DNA of 64,000 nucleotides from Thermoplasmatota archaeon. Its GTDB lineage: Archaea; Thermoplasmatota; E2; JACPAO01; JAHFTW01. Position numbers and translations under genes: made by a program. How positions within the stretch are numbered: position 1 is the first letter of the stretch; every line of letters begins with the position of its first letter. The notes under the pieces are model-generated. The model made no database searches. It worked only from the letters and a program-made list of their open reading frames with translations, and was not told where the DNA came from. Shown piece by piece: positions 38,744 through 47,500 of this stretch. The DNA lies in NCBI GenBank assembly GCA_041601615.1, contig JBFIHX010000006.1, positions 96,001 through 160,000 of the forward strand, given 5' to 3'.

Positions 38744-39439
38744 GTGGCCGGGCCGACCGAGTATGCGTTCAAGATCCGCAGCGTGGACAACCTCCTCTGT
38801 CGCTTCACCCAGGACGATCCGCGCGTCCGCATCATCCTGAACCTGCTGCGAAGCGGTGCGCACGAACCGGTCGAGAAGGCGATCGTGACGATCCTCGCCG
38901 ACGCCCGGACCCGCCAACGCTTCCTGACGGGCGAGTTTGCCCGCAAGTACGGCACCTTCGAGTTGCTGTCCGAGAGCGAGGACTACGCCAGCGTCGAGAT
39001 CAGCACGGCGGTCCTCAGCTACTACCAACAGCACGACCCGATCCAGTTGACGATCCAGATGCTCGGCCCCGAGACGGTCTTCCAGCCCGTGCTCGTCCAG
39101 GACGGCTACATCCACATCACCGTGATGAGCCCGAACCCGGACGGCCTTGCCGCCTTCAACCAGTTCACCCAGCACATGCGCCGCGTCGTGCCTGCCGACG
39201 ACTTCAAGCTCCTGCACGTGGGCGAGTACCAGCCGGACCTGCGCCTCAAGGGCCGCGCCAAGGCGATCACCCCGCGCCAAGAAGAGGTCGTCAAAATGGC
39301 GATCGCCATGGGCTACTACAACGACACCCGGCAATGCAATCTCGAAGACCTAGCCCAGGCGTTCGGAATCAGCAAAGCGGCTGTCCACAAGCGGCTGCAA
39401 ATGGCAGAAAACAGCCTCATCCGGGGCCAATTCGAGTGA
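38744..39439 (+). CDS. Bacterio-opsin-activator-type (HTH_10) transcriptional regulator
   Basis: C-terminus ITPRQEEVVKMAIAMGYYNDTRQCNLEDLAQAFGISKAAVHKRLQMAE. GTG start 25 nt after TTTTTG. Confidence 0.88.
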   Translation: MAGPTEYAFKIRSVDNLLCRFTQDDPRVRIILNLLRSGAHEPVEKAIVTILADARTRQRFLTGEFARKYGTFELLSESEDYASVEISTAVLSYYQQHDPIQLTIQMLGPETVFQPVLVQDGYIHITVMSPNPDGLAAFNQFTQHMRRVVPADDFKLLHVGEYQPDLRLKGRAKAITPRQEEVVKMAIAMGYYNDTRQCNLEDLAQAFGISKAAVHKRLQMAENSLIRGQFE

Positions 39440-40053
39440 CCCTCTCGGTGCAGGGAGTCCATCGCAGTTTCGGCCGCCGCCCTGTGCTCCACGACATCAA
39501 CATCCAAGTTCCGGCCGGCGCCCGCATCGGCCTGCTCGGCACCAACGGCTCCGGTAAAACCACGCTCCTGCGCCTGCTTGCCGGAACCCTTCGACCCACC
39601 CAAGGCACCATCCAGCACAACGGCCACGACACCCAAACTCCAATGGGCCGGCAAGGCATGGCGTTCGTCGCCCAAGACGCGCCTGTGTACCCCGAACTCA
39701 CCGTCCTCGAACACGTGCAATGGTGGAGCCGCGTCCACGGCTACCCCGCGGATGCACCCGCCTTCGAATCACTCCTAGACGAGGCAGGCTTGCACCGACA
39801 TGCGCACGCAAGTGCAGCCAGCCTCAGCCGAGGCCAACGCCAACGACTCGCCCTCTGCATGGCCCTCGCAGCCCGCCCAAGCCTCCTGCTGCTGGACGAA
39901 CCGACCACTGCACTCGACGCGGACGGCCGCACCTGGCTCATCCGGCGCCTGCAAGACACCGAAGCCTCTCTCGTGGTCGCCACGCACGAAGAAGACCTCA
40001 TCCAAGCGCTCGGGTTGACTGCGCACCGCCTCGAAGGAGGTCGACTTCTGTGA
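39436..40053 (+). CDS. ccmA: Heme exporter ABC ATPase CcmA-like
   Basis: GTNGSGKTT, YPELTVLEH, LSRGQRQR, LLLDEPTTALD. Located upstream of ccmB/C. Confidence 0.85.
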   Translation: MTLSVQGVHRSFGRRPVLHDINIQVPAGARIGLLGTNGSGKTTLLRLLAGTLRPTQGTIQHNGHDTQTPMGRQGMAFVAQDAPVYPELTVLEHVQWWSRVHGYPADAPAFESLLDEAGLHRHAHASAASLSRGQRQRLALCMALAARPSLLLLDEPTTALDADGRTWLIRRLQDTEASLVVATHEEDLIQALGLTAHRLEGGRLL

Positions 40054-40694
40054 GCTTCCGCGCCATGCTCTGGAAGGACGTGCGACGAGAACTGCGCGGC
40101 AAAGAAAGCCTCCAAGCCGGCGCCGTGCTCGTAGGGTTGCTGTTTCTGCTGTACCTGTTTGCCCTCACAGACCTCCAAACGCCCCGACTCGCGGCCATCG
40201 CAATCTGGACGCCCATCCTGTACGGAACCGCCGCACTAAGCGGTCGCGGCATGGCAACCGAAGTGCAACGGGGCACCCTCGATTTGCTGCGCTCCGCCCC
40301 CGTCCCGACCGCATGGCACGGCTGGAGCCGCACACTCGTCAACCTCGTCCTCACCGCCATCCTGGCCGCATTCACGCTTCTGCTCGGCGCCGTCGGATTC
40401 CTGCTGCCCTTGTCGCCGGCCCTTTGGCTCGTAGTTGCCCTCGCCGCCATCGGTCTCAGTGTCGCAGGCAGCCTTGCAGGAGCCCTCGCCGCCCAAGCGC
40501 GCGCCAGCGAGGTTCTGATGCCCATCCTGCTCGTCCCCGTCGCAGCACCCCTCGTGCAAGCCGGCGTCGTGGCAACGTTTGCGGCCCTCGCCGGCGAAAT
40601 CGACCGACCCGCCGTGCTCTTGATGGCCGGCTACGACATCATCATCTTCGGAGTCGCGTGGCTCCTGTGGCCCTTTGCATTGGACACGGATTGA
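40050..40694 (+). CDS. ccmB: Heme exporter permease CcmB
   Basis: AMLWKDVRRELRGKE, EVQRGTLDLL, ARASEVLMPILLVPVAAP, GYDII. Confidence 0.88.
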   Translation: MSFRAMLWKDVRRELRGKESLQAGAVLVGLLFLLYLFALTDLQTPRLAAIAIWTPILYGTAALSGRGMATEVQRGTLDLLRSAPVPTAWHGWSRTLVNLVLTAILAAFTLLLGAVGFLLPLSPALWLVVALAAIGLSVAGSLAGALAAQARASEVLMPILLVPVAAPLVQAGVVATFAALAGEIDRPAVLLMAGYDIIIFGVAWLLWPFALDTD

Positions 40695-40765
40695 CAAAGC
40701 CGAGGAATGCACATGTCGTCGCTCTGTCCACAACCCCCAAGAACCCGCCCGCCTGGAGGACTCCT

Positions 40766-41500
40766 GTGAAGCCGTCCACGGGGGACCGCGTGCGCCAATG
40801 GAGCCTGTACGGCTTCCTGGCCAGCGGCGCCGTGCTCTTGTGGATGACCTGGTTTGGAACCCCCGACTGGAGCTACCAACCCGAAGTCACGGCACCCTTG
40901 ACTCGGAAGATCTTGTTCTACCATCCAGCCAGCGCCTGGGCAAGCTTTGCTGCCTACTTCGTCGTCTTCGCCCTCAGTGTTGCCTACCTCAACGAACGCC
41001 GACTGCGATACGACACCGCCGCCCGCGCCGCCGCCGAAGTGGGATTCGGCTTCAACACCATCGCGCTCATCACCGGCACCCTCTGGGGCGTGCAAGAATG
41101 GAGCCGCACCGGACAAAGCAGCCTCGCCACCGTCTACTCAGAGCCCAAAGTGCTCGTCGTGATCGTCATGTGGTTCACCTTCGCCGCCTACCTGCTGCTT
41201 CGCCGCTTCGTCGAATCCCCCGAAGCCCGCGCCCGCCTCTCCGCGGTCTTCGGCGTCCTCGGCTTCATCACCGTCCCCCTCAGCTTTGCCACGAGCCGCC
41301 TCCTGCAAACCAGCCTGCACCCCGACATCGGTGGCCCCGGCAAAAATCCCGACGCCGCCGTCGGCGACACCACCGGCCTCGCCATCGCATGGAGCATGCT
41401 GGTCTTCCTGCTGCTGTTCGTGCACCTCTGGCTCCAACGCCACCGCATCCTCAAAATCCAAGACCAAATCCTCGACTTGGAGGCAAACCATGGTCAATGA
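40766..41500 (+). CDS. ccmC: CcmC-like heme-handling membrane protein (degenerate WWD motif)
   Basis: KILFYHPASAW, AAAEVGF, ALITGTLWG, EPK, YLLLRR, ARLSAVFG, SLHP. GGAGG precedes the GTG. Confidence 0.85.
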   Translation: MKPSTGDRVRQWSLYGFLASGAVLLWMTWFGTPDWSYQPEVTAPLTRKILFYHPASAWASFAAYFVVFALSVAYLNERRLRYDTAARAAAEVGFGFNTIALITGTLWGVQEWSRTGQSSLATVYSEPKVLVVIVMWFTFAAYLLLRRFVESPEARARLSAVFGVLGFITVPLSFATSRLLQTSLHPDIGGPGKNPDAAVGDTTGLAIAWSMLVFLLLFVHLWLQRHRILKIQDQILDLEANHGQ

Positions 41501-41666
41501 CGCCACCACCTTCTTTCTGAGCTTCGCCACCGTCTTTGGCGGCCTCGGCTGGTACCTCCTGCGCCTCGAACAACACGTCAAGGCCCTCGAAGCACGCATC
41601 CGCGACGCACTGCCCGCCACCGCCGCCCCCACCGCGAACGCCACCCAAACCGAGGATCGCGCATGA
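41490..41666 (+). CDS. ccmD: CcmD-like small single-TM protein
   Basis: MVNDATTFFLSFATVFGGLGWYLLRLEQHVKALEARI. GGAGG upstream. Lies between ccmC and ccmE. Confidence 0.7.
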   Translation: MVNDATTFFLSFATVFGGLGWYLLRLEQHVKALEARIRDALPATAAPTANATQTEDRA

Positions 41667-42346
41667 ACCTCCGCACCCAAGCCATCATCGGCGCCGTCGT
41701 CATCGCCCTCGGCGTCGGCGTCGTTGCCCTCGGCTTCGTCGACCAAGACGCCAACGTGCGCCAAGTCTCCGAAGTGCTCGCCAACCCCAGCGCCCACGCC
41801 AGCGGCACCTACACCCTCGTCGGCATCCCCCAGCCCAAAATCCTCACCACCTTCGCCAATGGCGGCAGCACCGTCGAACAAGCCAACGCCGCCTACCAGA
41901 ACCACACCACCCGCACCACGTCCTGGAACGAAGGCGAAACACGCTACTTCAGCACCCACACCCTCACCGTCCAAGGCCCCGGCCCCGACGGCACAAGCCA
42001 CTGGAGCCTGCAAAACCGCACAACCCTCCCCGGCAGCCTCGAACCCGCCAAGCCCACCACATGGACCAATTGGACCCTCGAAGGCCCCCACAAGGTGTTT
42101 CTGATCCAAGGATTCCCCGACGAAAACGGCGACTCCCCGCTCCTGTTCGGCGTCTACAAAGGCGTCCTTCGCGAACCACTCCAACCCAAACCAAGCCAAT
42201 TCGAAGGCCGCATCGCCACCACCCTCCCCAGCGGCGCCGACCTCCCCGCCGGCGCACTCGTATTCATGGTGGAAGAATACACAGCAGGATGCAGCAGCAA
42301 ATTCATTCCGGAAGAGCATCGGGAAGAATACGCTGGCGACCCGTGA
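41663..42346 (+). CDS. ccmE: CcmE-like heme chaperone with CxxxF motif and a large insertion
   Basis: N-terminal TM, VSEVL, VYKGV, terminal GCSSKF at the position of the CxxxY/HxxxY heme site. Gene order ccmABCD-E. Confidence 0.65.
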   Translation: MNLRTQAIIGAVVIALGVGVVALGFVDQDANVRQVSEVLANPSAHASGTYTLVGIPQPKILTTFANGGSTVEQANAAYQNHTTRTTSWNEGETRYFSTHTLTVQGPGPDGTSHWSLQNRTTLPGSLEPAKPTTWTNWTLEGPHKVFLIQGFPDENGDSPLLFGVYKGVLREPLQPKPSQFEGRIATTLPSGADLPAGALVFMVEEYTAGCSSKFIPEEHREEYAGDP

Positions 42347-42399
42347 CAAACGCGCACCACACACCCAGTTTTTTCAATGCCCCCCGGCTCGCGCGGCCC

Positions 42400-43302
42400 A
42401 TGAACCCCCGGATCGCCGTGCTGCTTTTGCTCGCACTGGCACTCGCGCCTGCCGCCCACGCCCAGGATGATTTCGCCGTCAGCAACGACAGCACCGTTCG
42501 CATCGCCGTGGGAGATGTACCCCGCACGAACGCAACCGAGCCGGAAGGCGCGTTGAACGTCATCGAATACCTGCGCCTCGACCACGACGGAAACAACACC
42601 GAAGTCACCTACGACTTGACCTCCGGAAACATCCTGACCGCCACGTGTGACTGTGGCAGCGCCAGCCGTGCGGGCAATGTCATCACCGTCGGCAACGACG
42701 TACCCGCTGGCCGCATCGTCATCGTTCTTGGCCACAGCCACCCGTTCACCGACGCCGCCATCGTTCCATTGGCCCTGCCGCACGACAACAGCGACGCCAG
42801 TGTAACGTTCTACCTCGCTCCCTCGTTCGGCGTGGACAGCAGCGCCAAGCCCGCCGCGACGCTCCCCGGTGCCGAATTCGACGGCACCGTAACCCAGTAC
42901 ACCACCACCAACGCTTGGTTTGCCGTTCGCGCCGCAAGCGCTGGCGCCTACGTCGCCCCTGAGATCGTCACCAAGGAAGTGCCCGTGGGCAACAGCATCA
43001 ACTTCCCTAGCATCCTCATCGGCCTCGTTGCCGGCATCGCAATCTGGTACGTCCTTGTCCAGCAAGGCAAGGTGCAGAAGCAACGCAAGCAAGAAGTGAC
43101 CGTGGCCGCGCACAAGGAAGTCGCCTCCAAGGCCCCGAAGGCCGTGCTCGAAGGACGCAAGCGCCTCCTCATGACCGCCCTCAAGGACCTAGAAATGGCC
43201 CGCATGAACAAAGAAATCGCCGACGACGCCTACGATGTGTTGAAGGCGGACTTCAAGAAGCAGGCCGTCACCACCATGCGCGCTCTCGAAGAGAGTTCGT
43301 AG
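42400..43302 (+). CDS. Secreted/single-pass membrane protein with CcmI/SHOCT-like cytoplasmic helical tail
   Basis: Signal peptide ending AHA. TM ILIGLVAGIAIWYVLV. Tail RKRLLMTALKDLEMARMNKEIADDAYDVLKADFKKQAV. Confidence 0.75.
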   Translation: MNPRIAVLLLLALALAPAAHAQDDFAVSNDSTVRIAVGDVPRTNATEPEGALNVIEYLRLDHDGNNTEVTYDLTSGNILTATCDCGSASRAGNVITVGNDVPAGRIVIVLGHSHPFTDAAIVPLALPHDNSDASVTFYLAPSFGVDSSAKPAATLPGAEFDGTVTQYTTTNAWFAVRAASAGAYVAPEIVTKEVPVGNSINFPSILIGLVAGIAIWYVLVQQGKVQKQRKQEVTVAAHKEVASKAPKAVLEGRKRLLMTALKDLEMARMNKEIADDAYDVLKADFKKQAVTTMRALEESS

Positions 43303-43317
43303 GTTTTTGCCGCCGAA

Positions 43318-43572
43318 CGGCCCTGAAAGGGACCGAGACAGGCCATTACCACCATGCAGGCTGTGGAATCAGCCGCGTACTTCCTCGGTGACCAGCGCCC
43401 TGGCACCAAGCACGGACAGCCGTTCTGGCACGGGCTCTGCACGCAGAGACCCGTCGAAGCCCGGCCCTGCGTCGTCACGGGAGCCGATGGGTTCAGGGCC
43501 AATCTCACCTCCTCTCTCCCTGAACCCGTCCAGGGGGCCTTAGGCTTGGCTGACTAGCGAATCGTGGATGGC
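43318..43572. ncRNA. Candidate multi-helix structured ncRNA with anti-SD loop
   Basis: Closing helix 43342-43355/43561-43572 encloses at least 5 hairpins, including the perfect 10-bp stem 43489-43498/43518-43527 around CCAATCTCACCTCCTCTCT. No credible ORF. Confidence 0.6.
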
Positions 43573-43599
43573 AATCAGCACGCCCACCACGCAAAAAGG

Positions 43600-43631
43600 G
43601 GCAAGCCACAAGGAGAAAGGGAGAAAAAGAG
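43600..43631 (-). terminator. T-rich terminator after tRNA-Ser
   Basis: Minus strand reads CTCTTTTTCTCCCTTTCTCCTT immediately 3' of the tRNA. Confidence 0.5.
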
Positions 43632-43716
43632 CGCCGAGGGGGAGATTTGAACTCCCGTGGGTTGAACACCCACGAGCTTTCCAGGCTCGCGCCATACCGG
43701 ACTAGACGACCTCGGC
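43632..43716 (-). tRNA. tRNA-Ser(GGA)
   Basis: GCCGAGG..CCTCGGC-G acceptor stem, anticodon arm CGAGC-CTGGAAA-GCTCG, long variable arm, T-loop TTCAAAT. Confidence 0.96.
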
Positions 43717-43764
43717 AAGTGGACCCGACCAAGGCCGGGTAGAGGTCGGGCGACAATGGCCTCG

Positions 43765-43772
43765 TATTTAAT
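43765..43772. promoter_or_regulatory. Putative TATA box between tRNA-Ser and plsC
   Basis: TATTTAAT about 22 nt before the GTG at 43794. Confidence 0.5.
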
Positions 43773-43793
43773 CCATCAGGGATTGGCGCGGCC

Positions 43794-44468
43794 GTGGCTT
43801 GGCTGTGGAGGGTCATCGCGCCGTGGGGCGTACCTTTGCTGAAGATGCGCTTGCGAACGACAACGACGGGCGTGGAGCATATTCCCCGCAAGGGCGCTGC
43901 GATCATCGCAAGCAACCACTTGTCGGCATTGGATCATGTGGTGTTGCCGGCGGTCACGCGCCGTGTCATCTACAACATAGGCAAAAAAGAGCACTTTGAG
44001 AAGAAATTCAAGGGCTGGTTCATGCGCAACGTGGGCGTCATTCCATTGGACCGAGGCGCCGGCGACCAAGGTGCCCTGGAACAAGCAAAAGAAGTGCTTG
44101 CACGCGGAGACTTATTCTGCATTTACCCGGAGGGAACGCGCAGCCTAGATGGTCGGCTCTACAAGGGACGCACGGGAGTTGCGCGCCTTGCCCTGGAAAT
44201 GCGTGTGCCGGTGATTCCGGTGGCGATGGTGGGGACGTTTGAAGCCAAACCGAAGGGCCACAAGGGCATCGCCAAGGGCGTGGACACTTACGCCGTCGTG
44301 GGCGAGCCCCTGGATTTTGAGCGCTACTGGGGCATGCACGGAGACCGCGACGTGTGCCGCGAGGTTACGGACATCGTCATGGAGGCAATTCGGGAGTTGT
44401 CTGGCCAAGAGTACGTGTACGAATACGCGCCGAATCCGGTGTACGACGCCAAACGCCAGGATTCCTAG
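43794..44468 (+). CDS. plsC: 1-acyl-sn-glycerol-3-phosphate (lysophospholipid) acyltransferase
   Basis: Block I NHLSALD, block II GVIPLDR, block III IYPEGTRS, block IV VPVIPV. Confidence 0.92.
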   Translation: MAWLWRVIAPWGVPLLKMRLRTTTTGVEHIPRKGAAIIASNHLSALDHVVLPAVTRRVIYNIGKKEHFEKKFKGWFMRNVGVIPLDRGAGDQGALEQAKEVLARGDLFCIYPEGTRSLDGRLYKGRTGVARLALEMRVPVIPVAMVGTFEAKPKGHKGIAKGVDTYAVVGEPLDFERYWGMHGDRDVCREVTDIVMEAIRELSGQEYVYEYAPNPVYDAKRQDS

Positions 44469-44580
44469 GCCCTAGCACGCGCGCGGGCGCAACCGCTCGG
44501 CTGACGTGCCCATTGCACCCATTGCATGGACTCAGCGCATCGATTGCGAAGACTTGCGCCCTGCCAATTGGGTACCGCAT

Positions 44581-47500
44581 TCACTGATCCACCTGGAAGC
44601 CGAATCGTAGGGCGTCCGCCGCGGGCAGGCCTGCATGTGTGTCTTGGAGGGTTTGAACGTGGGGCGCCATCTCTCCCGTGGGGTCGTGGTGCCAGCGTAC
44701 GCCGCACAGATCATGCAAACTTGACCAGAGGGCAACGGCGCCGCACGGACCTTCATCCATGACGGGCTGAAGCATGCGTTGACGGTAGGGCGTGAACGGT
44801 TCGTTGCCTTTGCCGTAGATGCTCACGTCGGTTCCGGTGCCGCCTTCATTGTCTTGGTAGGTGTCCCCGTTGCCGCCGCCGTCGAAGAGGAGTCCGACTT
44901 GCGCGGCCGAATCACAGGGAACCGGAGCGTACAGGGCGGCAAAGAAGCTCTCGGCTGCAGGGAACGTGGATTCGAGCAATCCCTTTTGGGGGCAGTGCTC
45001 GCCGGCGCTGGCGCCTCCATTGGCTCCTTGGCTTGTCGCGATGTAGGTATCAGTGCCTGCAAGGTCCAGCAAGGCGCCGGTTCCGAACATGTGGGCGCCG
45101 CCGTTGCTGCCTTGGGCTTGTGCGTTGTACACGTCGTTGCCGGAGCGATCGAGCAAGAGGCCGTTGCCGGCGCCTTTGCCGCCTCCGTTGACGCCTTCGC
45201 TGCCTGCTTCGTACAAATCATTGCCACCTGCATCCACTAGGAAGCCTTGGCCGTGGAAGCCGCCGCCGCCGTTGGTGCCGTGGGATCCGGCTCGGTATTC
45301 GTCTCGCTCGGTGCCGTCGTCAATGAGCGTGCCGATGCCGAATTGGTACCCGCCGCCGTTGACGCCGCGATCGCCGGCTGTGTATTGATCGAAGCCTTGG
45401 CCGTCGTAGAGGAATCCTTTGGGTGCGGCCGAAAAGCGGGGAACGAAGGTCACGCCCTCCACATAGCCGCCGCCATGAACTCCTTTCTGGCCAGCGGCAT
45501 AGGTGTCGTCGCCTTGGGCGTCGTAGAGGAAGCCGGAGGTGCCGTGCACCCATCCAATGGCATCCACGTTGGGTCCGAAGGTGTCCAGGGCTTCCATGTA
45601 TGCGCCGCCGGCTGCCCCTTCGCCGTCGCCTTCGTATCGGTCGTCGCCTTGGCCGTCGTACAGGAAGCCGTGTCCACCGGAGTAGGCGCCGCCGTGGATG
45701 CCCCAGCGGTGCGGAAAGACCGTAAAGTTGGATGGCACCATGTGGTCGTGGACGAGGCGTTCGTAGCGGTCGTTTGTGGGGCCGTCGCTGATGAGGAAGC
45801 CGAGGCCCCCTAGGAATCCTCCGCCGTTGATGCCGCGCCTTTGGCCCAGGAACGATTGGGTGCCGGTTGCGCCGTCTTCGTCGTCGGTGTCGATGAGGAG
45901 GCCGACGCCGAAGCGACTGCCGCCGCCGTTGCCGCCGTTTCGGTAGGTTTCGTAGTGGTCAATGCCCCCTAGGTCAATGAGCGCGCCTACGCCATTGGAG
46001 TCGCCGCCGCCGTTGCCGCCGAGTGTGAGGCCGTCGGTGGTGGCGCGGAATTCGCCATTGGGTTGCGTGCCTAGGTTTTCGAGGCTGTATCCGTAGGCGT
46101 TGTAGAAGTCGTTGCCGCCCGCGTCGATGAGGAGTCCCGTGGCGCCTCGTCCAAAGCCGCCGCCGTTGGTGCCGCCGCCGTCGCTGCCGTATTCGTCGTT
46201 GCCTCCTCCGTCGTAGAGGAAGCCTCGTGTGTCTGCACCTGCGTGGTTGAGGCAGCCGGGGTCGCTGCCGGGGTTGTTGCCGGTGCGCAGGAATTCGACC
46301 GTGTCCGTGGCAGTGTTGACGGGGACACAGCTTGCGGCTCCGCCGTTCATGCCGAGGCCCAGGTCGCCCTGGAAGTTGTCCTCGGGGGAGTATCGGGTGT
46401 CGCCGCGGGTGTTGATGAGCATGGCTGCGCCTCCGAGCATTGCGCCGCCGTTGACGCCGTATACGTGCCCGGAGCCGTGCGCGCGCACCAATTCGTGGCC
46501 GGGAGCACCTGTTTCGGGGTCGTCGGCATCCAAGAGAAGTCCGAGGCCGGGCCCGAAGGTTCCGCCGTTGACGCCTCGGTGTTGGGCGCTGTATTGGTCG
46601 GTGCCGTCGCCATCCACGAGCATACCGCTGCCAAGGATGGCGCCGCCGTTGATGCCGCAACTGCGCACGCCGAGGCCGGTTTGGCTGCTGATTGTGTTCA
46701 TGTATCGGTCGTCGCCCCGTGCATCATAGGCAAGCGCGCTCTTGGAGGCCGTTTGCTTTTCCATGGCAAGGCATAGAACGCGCACTTCCTGCCCCATCAC
46801 GGCTGCAATTCCATTGGCGCCGCCGGCGTTGTTGAGGTACAGGTCGTTGCCGGCGAGGTCGAGGCTGAGAATGTTGTCGCCGCGGTACTGATCGTCGCCG
46901 CCCAGATCAATGATGGCAAAACGCACGCCCCGCCAGTCGTTGTCGCAGCCCACCACATCGATGCCAAACAAAGGCACGAGGGGCGGCGCGGGGTCCTTGG
47001 GAACATTCTCGCAGGCCGCCGAGGCGGAGATGCTTAGGGGTGCTTGTTGCAGTACAGCAAGGGCATCCAGAAGGCGCAGGCGTGCGTCGCGCAAGGCTGC
47101 AAGGTCGGGCAATTCGGGCATCACCCCTGAGGGGTCGATGAGGAACGTGGTCCATGCGGCCGCTACGGAGTCGGGAAAGGTCGCCAAGGCGATTTGGTGC
47201 AATTCCACATAGCGCAAGAGGACATCCGCCAGCGGTTGGCGCAGGGCAGGCTCAAGGCGATCAAGCGCACGCAAGCCCTCCAAGTCGGCAAGGCTCGGCA
47301 ATACGCCGGCCAATGTTGCCCATTCGAGGAGGATTTGGCTGGGAAGCAGTTGGGTTTGAACCAATGGGGCTTGGTCCTGTCCTTCCGCTAGTCGGACAAT
47401 GCGAATCGCGGACGCCAAATCTCCGTTGCCTTGCTCAGCCGCGATGTTTTGGATGGTGGGGAGGCGGGCACGGGCAACTTCCAGTGCTTCGGTGCTCTCG

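Noticed and set aside
43230-43508. 92-aa minus-strand ORF next to AGGAGGTGA
   Set aside because: The composition is not protein-like, it overlaps the convergent gene, and the region is better explained by RNA structure. Not fully excluded.
43318-43572. SRP RNA, RNase P RNA or 5S rRNA identity for the structured region
   Set aside because: There is no SRP helix-8 CAGG..GGAA..AGCAG motif. The GAGGAAG on the minus strand lacks a matching P4 partner and is in the wrong position. No 5S consensus is present.
44509-44530. Short repeat CCCATTGCA x2
   Set aside because: Too short and isolated to support a function.
44800-46900. Possible CRISPR or DNA tandem array (recurring GCCGCCGTTG)
   Set aside because: The recurrences are codons of the N-G-G protein repeat and are degenerate and in-frame. 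There is no repeat-spacer structure and no cas genes.
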